Of a DNA stretch of 64,000 nt, positions 39,212 to 48,766 are shown in pieces (positions within the stretch are counted from its first letter, which is position 1; every line of letters begins with the position of its first letter). Under the pieces are notes generated by a model. It ran no database searches and was not told the origin of the DNA. It was given only the letters and a program-made list of their open reading frames with translations. Position numbers and translations under genes: made by a program. The stretch spans positions 7,530-71,529 of the forward strand of contig DGEI01000027.1 in NCBI GenBank assembly GCA_002385885.1. The letters are read 5' to 3'. Origin of the DNA: Firmicutes bacterium UBA3930 (GTDB taxonomy: Bacteria > Bacillota > Clostridia > Caldicoprobacterales > Caldicoprobacteraceae).

Positions 39212-40759
39212 ATGAAGAGGCGGGCGATAATAAGTGTATCCGATAAGACCGGTATAATAGATTTGGCCAAGAGGCTCAGCGATTTGGGTATAGAGATCAT
39301 ATCAACCGGAGGTACAGCCAAGGTTCTTGTTGAGGCGGGTATTCCTGTAACCGGTGTGAGCAGCATCACCGGCTTTCCCGAATGCCTTGACGGAAGGGTA
39401 AAAACTCTGCATCCTGCGGTTCATGCCGGTATTCTGGCTGTCAGAAACAATGCTAAGCATATGAACCAAATAAATGAACTGGGGATACAGCCCATTGATT
39501 TTGTTGTAATAAATTTATATCCATTTAAACAGACGATTCTAAAGGAAAATGTGGATCTTCAGGAAGCTATAGAGAATATTGACATAGGCGGGCCAACCAT
39601 GCTCAGGGCTGCTGCAAAGAATTATCAGGATGTTGTTGTATTGGTAGATCCGGCAGATTACCACCAGGTATTGACCGAGCTGGAAACCAACAAACAGGTT
39701 TCAATCAGCACCAAGTTCAGGCTTGCAGCCAAGGTATTTGAGCATACCGCACATTACGATGCTTTGATTGCGGAATACTTGAGGAAACAATGTGATGGTG
39801 AAATCTTCCCTGATGTTCTTACACTTACCTATGAGAAAGCCCAGGATCTCCGGTATGGAGAAAATCCCCATCAAAAGGCCGTGTTTTACAGGGAAATAAC
39901 ACCTGCTGCCGGAAGCCTTGTGAAAGCTCAGCAGCTTCATGGAAAGGAACTTTCCTTTAACAATATAAACGATACAAACGGAGCTTTGGATCTTTTACGG
40001 GAGTTTGAGGAACCTACGGTAGTGGCGGTAAAACATGCCAATCCATGCGGAGTGGGCAGCGCTTCCTCTGTATACGATGCGTATATGAAGGCTTATGAGG
40101 CGGATCCGGTATCGATCTTTGGCGGGATAGTTGTGGCCAACCGCGGTATAGATGCTCCCACAGCAGAGGAAATAAACAAGATCTTTGTTGAAATTGTGGT
40201 GGCTCCTTCCTATACAAAGGAAGCCCTTGATATATTGAAAAGAAAGAAAAATATCCGTATTCTGCTTCTTGAAGATATAGCTTCTGAACTGCCGGCCGGA
40301 CTCATGGACTCCAAGAAAGTGCTGGGGGGCTTGCTGTTACAGGAAATTGACAATCAGCTGCTGCCCGACATGTCACAGTTAAAAGTTGTAACCGAGAAAA
40401 AACCGGCCCAGGAGGAAATGGATGATCTGATATTTGCCTGGAAGATAGTCAAGCATACCAAATCCAACGGCATAGCCATTGCTAAGAATAAACAGTCCCT
40501 CGGAATAGGGCCGGGACAGGTAAACAGGATTTGGGCGGTTGAACATGCCATACACAGGAGCGGAGATAAAGTTAAGGGTGCAGTTCTGGCTTCCGATGCT
40601 TTCTTCCCCTTTTCGGATTGTGTTGAAGCAGCCGCAAAAGCAGGGATTTCGGCCATTATCCAGCCGGGCGGTTCAATAAGGGATCAGGAATCAATCGATG
40701 CATGCAATAAGTACGGAATTTCCATGATATTCACCGGCATGCGGCATTTTAAGCATTAA
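39212..40759 (+). CDS. purH: Bifunctional AICAR transformylase / IMP cyclohydrolase
   Basis: [26 protein letters not shown] and the C-terminal FTGMRHFKH. Confidence 0.95.
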   Translation: MKRRAIISVSDKTGIIDLAKRLSDLGIEIISTGGTAKVLVEAGIPVTGVSSITGFPECLDGRVKTLHPAVHAGILAVRNNAKHMNQINELGIQPIDFVVINLYPFKQTILKENVDLQEAIENIDIGGPTMLRAAAKNYQDVVVLVDPADYHQVLTELETNKQVSISTKFRLAAKVFEHTAHYDALIAEYLRKQCDGEIFPDVLTLTYEKAQDLRYGENPHQKAVFYREITPAAGSLVKAQQLHGKELSFNNINDTNGALDLLREFEEPTVVAVKHANPCGVGSASSVYDAYMKAYEADPVSIFGGIVVANRGIDAPTAEEINKIFVEIVVAPSYTKEALDILKRKKNIRILLLEDIASELPAGLMDSKKVLGGLLLQEIDNQLLPDMSQLKVVTEKKPAQEEMDDLIFAWKIVKHTKSNGIAIAKNKQSLGIGPGQVNRIWAVEHAIHRSGDKVKGAVLASDAFFPFSDCVEAAAKAGISAIIQPGGSIRDQESIDACNKYGISMIFTGMRHFKH

Positions 40760-40872
40760 AATATATGAAGCTATCATATACCAATGCATCCGGGTAATCT
40801 ATACCGGTTGCAATATGTACTGAACATGATATTAGCAGATAAAGCTGATACGGGCTGACGGGAGGGAAAGCT

Positions 40873-42132
40873 ATGAAGATATTGGTGGTTGGAGGAGGAG
40901 GACGGGAGCACGCGCTTGTATGGAAGATCAGTCATAGTCCCAAAGTTAAAAAGATATATTGCGCACCAGGCAACGGAGGCATATCGGAATTGGCAGAGTG
41001 CGTTGATATAGCTGCAGCTAATGTGACGGAGCTGGTGGAATTTGCAAAAAATCATAGTATAGACTTAACCGTGGTAGCGCCTGAAGATCCTCTTGCCATG
41101 GGAATGGCAGACGCTATGCAAAAGGCAGGGTTGAGGGTATTTGGACCGGCGAAGGATGCCGCTGCAATTGAGAGCAGCAAGGTTTTTGCTAAAAACCTTA
41201 TGAAAAAATACGGTATTCCCACTGCAGAATACCGGGTTTTTGAAGAATACAATGAAGCTGTTGAATATGTAAAAAAAGCCCGGTATCCCATTGTCATAAA
41301 AGCTGAAGGACTGGCATTGGGCAAAGGCGTTATAATAGTAAAAAATGCCGATGAGGCAAATCAAGCTTTGAAAGCCATGATGGTGGATTATGCCTTTGGA
41401 CAGGCAGGCCAGAGGGTGGTTGTTGAGGAGTATCTGACCGGCTCTGAGGTTACCGTCATGGCGTTTACCGATGGTAAGAACTTCAAGCCAATGGTAAGCG
41501 CCCAGGATCATAAAAGGGTTTATGACAATGATGAAGGAAGCAACACCGGGGGAATGGGCGCCTTTTCACCCAGCCGGGTGTATACACCCGGTATTGCAAA
41601 GCAGGTGGAGGAAATAATAATAGGGCCTACAATAGAAGCTATGGCCAAAGAGGGAAGGCCGTTCCAGGGCGTGCTCTATTTTGGATTGATGCTGACGGAA
41701 AAAGGGCCAAAAGTGCTGGAATATAATGCAAGATTTGGAGATCCGGAAACCCAGGTTGTGTTACCACGCCTAAAGACCGATATCATTGATATTTTCGAGG
41801 CGGTTACGGAAAAAAGGCTGGATCAAATAGACATCCAATGGGAAGATAATGCGGCGGTGTGTGTTGTTTTGGCATCTGGTGGCTACCCCGGAGAGTACAG
41901 TAAAGGGTATAAGATAACCGGCATTGAGAGCGCTGTGGATGATTCCGGCGTAATTGTGTTCCATTCCGGAACCCGGCAGGAAGACGGAGAGTTTTATACA
42001 AACGGCGGCAGGGTACTGGGAGTAACGGCCGTAGCCGGGGATCTGGATTCAGCCATACATAAGGTGTACCAAGGCGTGGATAAAATACATTTTCAGCATA
42101 TGCATTACCGGAGGGATATAGGCAGGAAATGA
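40873..42132 (+). CDS. purD: Phosphoribosylamine-glycine ligase
   Basis: MKILVVGGGGREHAL, an ATP-grasp region and RFGDPETQ. Confidence 0.95.
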   Translation: MKILVVGGGGREHALVWKISHSPKVKKIYCAPGNGGISELAECVDIAAANVTELVEFAKNHSIDLTVVAPEDPLAMGMADAMQKAGLRVFGPAKDAAAIESSKVFAKNLMKKYGIPTAEYRVFEEYNEAVEYVKKARYPIVIKAEGLALGKGVIIVKNADEANQALKAMMVDYAFGQAGQRVVVEEYLTGSEVTVMAFTDGKNFKPMVSAQDHKRVYDNDEGSNTGGMGAFSPSRVYTPGIAKQVEEIIIGPTIEAMAKEGRPFQGVLYFGLMLTEKGPKVLEYNARFGDPETQVVLPRLKTDIIDIFEAVTEKRLDQIDIQWEDNAAVCVVLASGGYPGEYSKGYKITGIESAVDDSGVIVFHSGTRQEDGEFYTNGGRVLGVTAVAGDLDSAIHKVYQGVDKIHFQHMHYRRDIGRK

Positions 42133-42156
42133 TTCCGGCCATATCCCGTTTTTTAT

Positions 42157-42350
42157 CAGGTTCTTGGCCTTGAGCTTCAGCGGGCGGGATAGTATTCTGC
42201 AAAACTGCATTATGAATCATGCGATTATCATCAGACTGTGGAGTATATGTTGTGTGAAGAATAATTATGGAGCGAGCATTGCGGAAAGGCTCAGAACCAG
42301 TTAGCGAAGTAAAGGATAAGCCGGATAGAATAATATACAGCCTATGTACC
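42157..42350 (+). repeat. Mosaic intergenic repeat, copy A (one ~120-nt unit plus a diverged second unit)
   Basis: 20/20 identity of 42157-42176 with 63709-63728, and 23/23 identity of 42254-42276 with 63681-63703. The remaining blocks align with copies B and C. Confidence 0.8.
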
Positions 42351-42474
42351 ATCAATAACAGCCCATTGATACGGTATAATACTTCCTTTTTGGATAATAT
42401 AAATAATAGACCGGGATAAATGCGTTATAAGGCAATTTCATAAGACAGCATTAACGGGAAGTGGAGGCTTTACT

Positions 42475-43005
42475 ATGAAACAAGGATATGTCCAGGTATA
42501 TACAGGTGATGGCAAGGGAAAAACGACTGCCGCATTGGGCCTTGGATTAAGGGCAGCCGGCAGGGGGTTAAAAGTCCTGATGATCCAGTTTCTTAAGGGA
42601 ACGGACAGCGGCGAACTTGAGGCGGTTAAGAGGCTGGCGCCGGACTTCCACATAATCCGGTTTGCTGAGACAAAAAAATTTTTTTGGGAACTGACCGATG
42701 ATGAAAAAGCACGGCTTAAGAATAAGACCCGGCAGGAGATGCAAAACCTGGAGGAGTACCTGAAGGACAATTACTGCCATGTACTGATACTGGATGAAAT
42801 CATGGCAGCCATCCATGGGGATCTGGTGAGGGTTGAACAGGTATGCAGAATAATCGATCAGAAGCCCAAAGGTATGGAATTGGTTTTGACCGGGCGGAAT
42901 GTGCCTGATGAGATTGCTGAAAGGGCAGATTTAATCACCGAAATGAAGAAGATCAAACACTATATGGACAAAGGAGTACCTGCGAGGACAGGCATTGAAT
43001 ATTGA
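42475..43005 (+). CDS. cobO: Cob(I)yrinic acid a,c-diamide adenosyltransferase (CobO/BtuR type)
   Basis: GYVQVYTGDGKGKTTAALGLGLRAAG, and LILDE as Walker B. Confidence 0.9.
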   Translation: MKQGYVQVYTGDGKGKTTAALGLGLRAAGRGLKVLMIQFLKGTDSGELEAVKRLAPDFHIIRFAETKKFFWELTDDEKARLKNKTRQEMQNLEEYLKDNYCHVLILDEIMAAIHGDLVRVEQVCRIIDQKPKGMELVLTGRNVPDEIAERADLITEMKKIKHYMDKGVPARTGIEY

Positions 43006-43108
43006 GCATATGCTTTTTCGACATATCAGTTAACGATGAATTAGTATGAATGTCTGTTTGTATCAATACACACAGAACGGCCGGACGCAGAAACATATCA
43101 GGATATTC

Positions 43109-44494
43109 TTAAGAAACAGCTTCCTCTCCTTTTGATTTATTTCGTTCTTCTATCTCCTGCCATTTAACATCGGCAAAAGGTTTCCAATTATTAGCTATTC
43201 CTTCAATTTTTTCCCCGGCGCTGCCAAACAGTACGGCCCCTGCACCATCATGGGTTTCAACAGCTCCTGACTCTGCGACTATTTCCCGCAAGGCTTGAGG
43301 TACATCTATGAAGGGGCAGGGCCGCAGTAAGTTCCTGCTGAAAGGCTGCCTTTTTTGATATGCGGAAAACAGGGGAGAGTTCAAAACCTGTTTCAACGAT
43401 TTACCCTTTATGTTATCAACTGCAAAATGGACGAAAGCGCAGGGTTCCACATCGCCGGCAGCATTTATATGAAAATAGTATTTTCCCCCAGCTATGCATC
43501 CCTGGGTCATCTGTCCATCATTCCAGAAATCGGCTATTTGAATTGGTTTATGAGATCGTATATAACGAACCCTGTCAATTAACCAGGCCCGCTGTTCGGG
43601 CTTCAGGACAAGAGAAAAATCAGGGCTGCGTCCTATTGGCATATAATGAAAGGACCATCCGTAAAGAACGCCTTTGTGTATCATTGCGTCTATGAATTCA
43701 TCCGAAAACACTTCAAGGTAGTTTTGGCTGGTTACGGTAAGGCTGATACCGAAAATGATGCCATGCTTTTTAAGGTTATCCATGGCTGCCATTATTGTGT
43801 CGTATACTCCGGTTCCGCGTCTGCTGTCTGTATATTCCCGACCTCCTTCCAGGCTTATAGCGGGTGTTATATTACCTGCCTGCTGCATTTTTTCAGCCGT
43901 AGCCTCATCAATTAATGTACCGTTGGTATATATCATGAATGCCGCATCCCCATGTTTTTCACATAGTTGGAAAATATACGGCCACATCAGGGGTTCTCCG
44001 CCTGACATTACGAAAAAATAAATGCCCAGTTCTTTGGCTTCAGTTATTATTCTATCAACTTCTTCAAAGCTTAAGTCTTTGTGGTTGGGATAAGCTCCGG
44101 CCCAGCAGCCTTTGCACTTTAGATTGCACTTGCTTGTCGGATCGATCAATATGGTATAGGGTATGTTGTACCCAAGCTCCTGCGATAGTTTTATATGTTT
44201 TGGTATACCGATCAGGCTTGCATTTATAAAGAGATTAAACAAAAAACGCTGCTGCACATTTTCGTTTACCTCTGTCAGTATACGGTTGAAATAAATTTTC
44301 ATTACAGGACTGTTTTCAAATAAAAGCTTTAGCTGCTGGATAAGCTGACGGTGACGGGGCGCTATGGGAGCCCTGCACAAAAGATCCAAGGCCCGTGGAA
44401 TGTTGGACATGGGATCCTGTTTTAAATAATTCAGCAGTTGGTTTATTATTCTTTCCCCAAGGTGTTGTTTGGCTATTTTTAAGTTAGATAACAT
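43109..44494 (-). CDS. Radical SAM protein with C-terminal Cys-rich (SPASM-like) extension
   Basis: CNLKCKGCW (Cx3Cx2C), MSGGEPL and downstream Cys residues (GCIAG, EPCAF, RPCPF). There is also a roughly 100-aa helical N-terminal domain. Confidence 0.8.
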   Translation of the reverse strand: MLSNLKIAKQHLGERIINQLLNYLKQDPMSNIPRALDLLCRAPIAPRHRQLIQQLKLLFENSPVMKIYFNRILTEVNENVQQRFLFNLFINASLIGIPKHIKLSQELGYNIPYTILIDPTSKCNLKCKGCWAGAYPNHKDLSFEEVDRIITEAKELGIYFFVMSGGEPLMWPYIFQLCEKHGDAAFMIYTNGTLIDEATAEKMQQAGNITPAISLEGGREYTDSRRGTGVYDTIMAAMDNLKKHGIIFGISLTVTSQNYLEVFSDEFIDAMIHKGVLYGWSFHYMPIGRSPDFSLVLKPEQRAWLIDRVRYIRSHKPIQIADFWNDGQMTQGCIAGGKYYFHINAAGDVEPCAFVHFAVDNIKGKSLKQVLNSPLFSAYQKRQPFSRNLLRPCPFIDVPQALREIVAESGAVETHDGAGAVLFGSAGEKIEGIANNWKPFADVKWQEIEERNKSKGEEAVS

Positions 44495-44604
44495 AAAAAG
44501 CCTGCTCCTTCCATTGTATTGGTATTACTTATTATAATTACCAAAAATCTGAAAATTATAGATACGTTTTATATATTCAGGAAAGAGCAAACTTCTTTAA
44601 CAGT

Positions 44605-45825
44605 CTACAGTTCAAAGGCCATCATAAGAGCTTCCAGGGCTTTCTTTTCATCCTGACGCTCAATAATATATGAAACCTTGGTTTCGGATGTGGTTATCGC
44701 TTTAATGCTGATGTTTTGTTCGGCCATAATCGTAAAAATCTTTGCTGCTATTCCGGGCTGGTGTTCCATTCCCGTTCCTTCAACCGATAATTTGACTATA
44801 TGGCCGTTTGTATTAAGGCTTATGGCGGGATATGCTGATTGAAGCTCGTTTACCGCTGTAACTGCCTTTTGAAGATCTTCACGCGGCAGGGAAAAGGAAA
44901 TATTGATCTTTCCGTCCACGGGTGCGGTCTGGCTTATCATGTCAATATTTATATTTTGCTTTGCCAGTGATTGGAATATCGCTGCCACGGCATAAGCGTC
45001 ATAGGGTACATCGTTGATGGTAACCAGGGCTTCCCTGTTGCTGGAACTGATATTGGTAACGGCTGTCTGCTGGGTTAACATATCCTTCATGTTATACAGT
45101 CCCGGCGGTTTGGTAACAACATACTTACAAGCATTCAGGGCGCCTAATGCAAATATCCGCCTGGAGAATGCCGTATGGGTTATCTTCAGGACTTCATCGT
45201 TGCCTGCAAACAGAACAGTATGTTCACCAGGTATGGTGCCGCCGCGGACGGCATGTATACCTATTTCTGATTTGGAACGCTTATCATGTTTTGAAAACCT
45301 TCCGTAAACATAATTCTTTGAATTAAGCAGTGTTTCGTTTATGGCATCGGCAAGAGCGTAAGCAGTCCCGCTTGGCGAATCAAGTTTTTGGTTATGATGC
45401 TGTTCAATGATTTCAATATCAAACAGGCTGCCAATGGCCAAAGCGGCATTTTTGGCAAGCTCCAGCATCACGTTAACGCCCAGGGACATATTGGCAGACT
45501 GAAAAACCGGAATGCTTTGAGAAGCCTTTCCTATTAAGCCGAAATCATCATTTGAGAAACCCGTAGTAGCAATAACAACCGGAATATTCCGGTTAACAGC
45601 ATAATCCAGCAAATTGGGAAGGGCAGCGGGTATTGAAAAATCAATGATAACATCAGCATCTTCACTGCATTCCTCCAGGGAACCGTATGCAGGGAAGGGA
45701 TTGTTTTCCTTATCGGGGAACTTATCCACTCCTGCAGCTACTTGTATCGTTGGGTCTGCAGCAGCTGCCGCTGCAACTGCCTGACCCATTCTTCCATTAC
45801 AGCCGTGAATAATAACATTTATCAT
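44605..45825 (-). CDS. dapB: 4-hydroxy-tetrahydrodipicolinate reductase fused to C-terminal tandem ACT (aspartokinase-regulatory-like) domains
   Basis: DapB motifs GCNGRMG and EQHHNQKLDSPSGTA lie in the first ~260 aa. The last ~145 aa resemble an aspartokinase beta/ACT pair (KLSVEGTGMEHQPGIAAKIF...). Confidence 0.85.
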   Translation of the reverse strand: MINVIIHGCNGRMGQAVAAAAAADPTIQVAAGVDKFPDKENNPFPAYGSLEECSEDADVIIDFSIPAALPNLLDYAVNRNIPVVIATTGFSNDDFGLIGKASQSIPVFQSANMSLGVNVMLELAKNAALAIGSLFDIEIIEQHHNQKLDSPSGTAYALADAINETLLNSKNYVYGRFSKHDKRSKSEIGIHAVRGGTIPGEHTVLFAGNDEVLKITHTAFSRRIFALGALNACKYVVTKPPGLYNMKDMLTQQTAVTNISSSNREALVTINDVPYDAYAVAAIFQSLAKQNINIDMISQTAPVDGKINISFSLPREDLQKAVTAVNELQSAYPAISLNTNGHIVKLSVEGTGMEHQPGIAAKIFTIMAEQNISIKAITTSETKVSYIIERQDEKKALEALMMAFEL

Positions 45826-45859
45826 TAGTTGTTGTTCACTCCGTTTCTTTCTTGCTTAC

Positions 45860-46747
45860 TTATGCCTGGATTTCAAAACCGTATTCTATCATTTCCTGTT
45901 TCAAAATCTTTAGGTTTTCTTCTGACATATCGGTTAAGGGCATACGAAGTTTGCCTGCATTCATTCCCATCAGGTTCATGGCGGTTTTTACAGGGATAGG
46001 ACTGACTTCCATAAACAGGGCTTTAACCAGGGGATAGAGTTTAAACTGAAGTTTACGGGCTCCTTCAATATCGCCGTCAAAGAACCTGGCTACCATGTCA
46101 TGGGTATCCCGGGGAGCGATGTTGGCAACCACTGAGATAACACCTTTGCCTCCTACTGATAGTAAGGGAACTACCATATCATCGTTTCCTGAGTACAGAT
46201 CTATAACTCCTTCACACAGCCGTGCCATATCAACTACCTGGGCTATATCCCCGCTTGCCTCTTTTATGCCTGCAATATTGTCTATCTTTGAGAGCTCCTT
46301 CAATGTTGACGGAGTTATGTTCAAATTTGTTCTGGAAGGAACATTATAGATAATGATAGGAATATGAACGGTATCGGCTATGGCTGCATAATGTTGAATC
46401 AATCCTTTTTGCGTAGTTCTGTTATAATAGGGAGTGACAATAAGCAGCGCATCGGCGCCCAGTCTCTCCGCTTCCTTGGAATCTTCAATGACAGCAGCCG
46501 TATTGTTTCCTCCTGTTCCGGCCAGGACCGGCAGCCTTTTTGCAGCTTTTTCAACGGTAAAGCCAATAACTGAATATCTCTCTTCTTTGGTCATGGTGGA
46601 AGGCTCTCCGGTTGTACCGCAGGCTAGCAGTGCATCAGTGCCTTCCCGGATTTGAAACTCAATCTGATTTGCCAGGGAATCAAAATTTATACCGTTTTCG
46701 GTAAAAGGGGTAACCATTGCAACACATGAACCTGTAAAGACACTCAT
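45860..46747 (-). CDS. dapA: 4-hydroxy-tetrahydrodipicolinate synthase
   Basis: VAMVTPF, GTTGE, YNRT and the active-site Lys context [19 protein letters not shown] 9 nt before MSVFTG. Confidence 0.95.
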   Translation of the reverse strand: MSVFTGSCVAMVTPFTENGINFDSLANQIEFQIREGTDALLACGTTGEPSTMTKEERYSVIGFTVEKAAKRLPVLAGTGGNNTAAVIEDSKEAERLGADALLIVTPYYNRTTQKGLIQHYAAIADTVHIPIIIYNVPSRTNLNITPSTLKELSKIDNIAGIKEASGDIAQVVDMARLCEGVIDLYSGNDDMVVPLLSVGGKGVISVVANIAPRDTHDMVARFFDGDIEGARKLQFKLYPLVKALFMEVSPIPVKTAMNLMGMNAGKLRMPLTDMSEENLKILKQEMIEYGFEIQA

Positions 46748-46789
46748 GTTTTTAATCACTCCTTAATATCAAAGTCGGTTAAATCAGAA

Positions 46790-47809
46790 TCAGCGGTCTA
46801 GCTGGCCGTTTTCCCAGTAATCGATCAGCTTTTGAGCTATTTGAACGGTGTTTGTAGCGGCGCCCTTGCGTACATTATCTGAGACTACCCATAGATTTAC
46901 ACCACTTGGAACGCTTTCATCCCTCCGGATACGGCCGACAAACACCTCATCCTTGTTTTCTGCATACAGCGGCATTGGGTATTTATTGTTCTTCGGATCG
47001 TCCACCACAACAATACCGGGGGAGTTCGCCAGTATATCTTTGAGCTCATTAAGATCAAAATCTTTTTCAAACTCTACATTTATGGACTCACTATGTCCAT
47101 GGAAAACCGGGACCCGTACCGTAGTTGCAGTTATTCTGATACTGTAGTCGCCTATTATTTTTTGCGTTTCCTGTATCATTTTCATCTCTTCTTTGGTGTA
47201 CCCGTTATCCAGAAAATCATCTATGTGGGGAATACAGTTTGCAAAAATGGGATGAGGGAATTTCAAAAGCGTATTGTTGCCCTCAATTCCATTTTTGAGA
47301 TCCATGTAGCCGTTTAAACCCGCTCCGGATACGGCCTGATAGGTGGAGTATACAATCCGTTTAATCCTGTAATGCCGGTGCAACGGATTTAATGCTACTA
47401 CTGCCTGGATGGTAGAACAATTGGGATTGGCGATTATGCCCTTATGTTTCAATATATCAGCCGGATTGACTTCCGGCACAACCAGGGGCACTTCCCCATC
47501 CATTCTCCAGGCACTGCTGTTATCGATGACGACAATACCTTTGGAAGCAGCTATTGGAGCATACTTTCGGCTGACACTTGCGCCGGCTGAAAACAATGCT
47601 ATATCAATTTCTTTGTCGTCAAAGCATGTTTCAGTCAGCTCATTTATAATATGTTCTTTTCCCATAAACTTTACACGCTTTCCGGCAGATCGAGCTGATG
47701 CAAACAGGTAATAATTCAACGCAGGCAGCTGCCTTTCTTCCAGAACCTCCAGGAATTTGCGGCCTACCATTCCCGTCGCTCCGACTATAGCTATATTGTA
47801 TTTCTTCAT
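46790..47809 (-). CDS. asd: Aspartate-semialdehyde dehydrogenase
   Basis: IVGATGMVG, NPNCSTI (active-site Cys) and the VPVFHGHS motif. GGGAGG RBS. Confidence 0.95.
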   Translation of the reverse strand: MKKYNIAIVGATGMVGRKFLEVLEERQLPALNYYLFASARSAGKRVKFMGKEHIINELTETCFDDKEIDIALFSAGASVSRKYAPIAASKGIVVIDNSSAWRMDGEVPLVVPEVNPADILKHKGIIANPNCSTIQAVVALNPLHRHYRIKRIVYSTYQAVSGAGLNGYMDLKNGIEGNNTLLKFPHPIFANCIPHIDDFLDNGYTKEEMKMIQETQKIIGDYSIRITATTVRVPVFHGHSESINVEFEKDFDLNELKDILANSPGIVVVDDPKNNKYPMPLYAENKDEVFVGRIRRDESVPSGVNLWVVSDNVRKGAATNTVQIAQKLIDYWENGQLDR

Positions 47810-47907
47810 AATGCTTTCCTCCCATATTTATAGAATTATTACAAAAAATCCGTTCAAAGCCGGCCTAATACCATCATATGTGGTTATTATTTGTGTGTGC
47901 CTTAACA

Positions 47908-48185
47908 GTAAAACGCAAATAAAGCGGCTGATGGACACCAGCCGCTTTCGTACCACAAAAACAACATGTCAATGCAGTCGGTCAAAATCTGCATACGGTT
48001 TGCGATGCGAAAGCAGTTAGCGCTCCATCATTACAAATGATGACAGTCCCAGGGCTGTTAACCCTGGGCCCAGGACATGGATAACGGGACATCTCATATC
48101 CTTCGGCACCTTTTCCTTTCAGCAGCTTTCATCAAATCCCGTATTCTCCAGCATTTTACTTATAAAAGGTGCGCCTCTAAACTGC
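47908..48185 (-). promoter_or_regulatory. Lysine riboswitch (L-box) with terminator, leader of asd-dapA-dapB
   Basis: The minus strand reads AGAGGCGC...GGUGCCGAAGG...ACUGUCAUCAUUUGUAAUGAUGGAGCGCU, the L-box core elements. A terminator hairpin AAAGCGGCUG/CAGCCGCUUU (47921-47947) follows, then AUUUGCGUUUU. Confidence 0.85.
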
Positions 48186-48207
48186 TCTATGCTTTTTTAT
48201 TTTTTTA

Positions 48208-48236
48208 ATAATAACATTGATTATTTTAAAAGTCAA
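48208..48236 (-). promoter_or_regulatory. SigA-type promoter driving the L-box leader
   Basis: On the minus strand: TTGACT (48236-48231), 17-nt spacer, TATTAT (48213-48208). It lies about 25 nt upstream of AGAGGCGC. Confidence 0.55.
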
Positions 48237-48327
48237 ACACTTTTGACTGTCTGCTTTACCCGGATTTGAATGTATATAACAACAATACATGGCCTGGTGC
48301 AGAATTATTTTGGAAAAACAAAAGAAT

Positions 48328-48399
48328 ATGAAAAGAAGGATTTTTGACTGCATTGATAAAAGAAGTGAAGAGATCATTGAGTCGGTAAACCGGATATAG
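48328..48399 (+). pseudogene. Possible remnant of an M20 amidohydrolase N-terminus
   Basis: The 23-codon ORF MKRRIFDCIDKRSEEIIESVNRI* resembles typical M20/amidohydrolase N-termini. It sits in an AT-rich 570-bp gap with no other credible ORF. Confidence 0.25.
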
Positions 48400-48766
48400 G
48401 TGATTTATCATCCTTGATGCCGGTTCTTGAAGCCATGCTTGGCGGCGTAAAAGGAAGAATATTTTAAATACGTGGACGCGCTTTTTGGAACGAGGATTTA
48501 CTATGAAGGAGATATTTTCAAATAAGGGTTAGTTTGCTAAAATTTGTTTATAAATAATATAGAGCGAATACCAGAGCCTTTCTTGATTTTAGCGGGTACA
48601 TATGTTAGGATTAGATTGGGATTTTTTCATGGTTGTACGTATATACTAAGATCTGCTATATTGGGCGTATATATAACAGTTGTACATATTATGCCATTTT
48701 TCTCCAGAATACAGTCAGCGCCCTTCAATGCCATTACAATAAATATATTACAAAGGAGGAAGTATA

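Noticed and set aside
42157-42350. Whether the repeated intergenic elements (also at 51232-51400 and 63586-63810) could be a CRISPR array.
   Set aside because: The units are about 120 nt, directly abutting, imperfect and without unique spacers. The copies are dispersed at three loci, and no cas genes are present.
41804-42355. A 183-aa minus-strand ORF spanning repeat copy A and the 3' end of purD.
   Set aside because: It overlaps purD in antisense. The peptide is not conserved across repeat copies B and C, where stops interrupt the corresponding frames. The repeats are therefore treated as non-coding.
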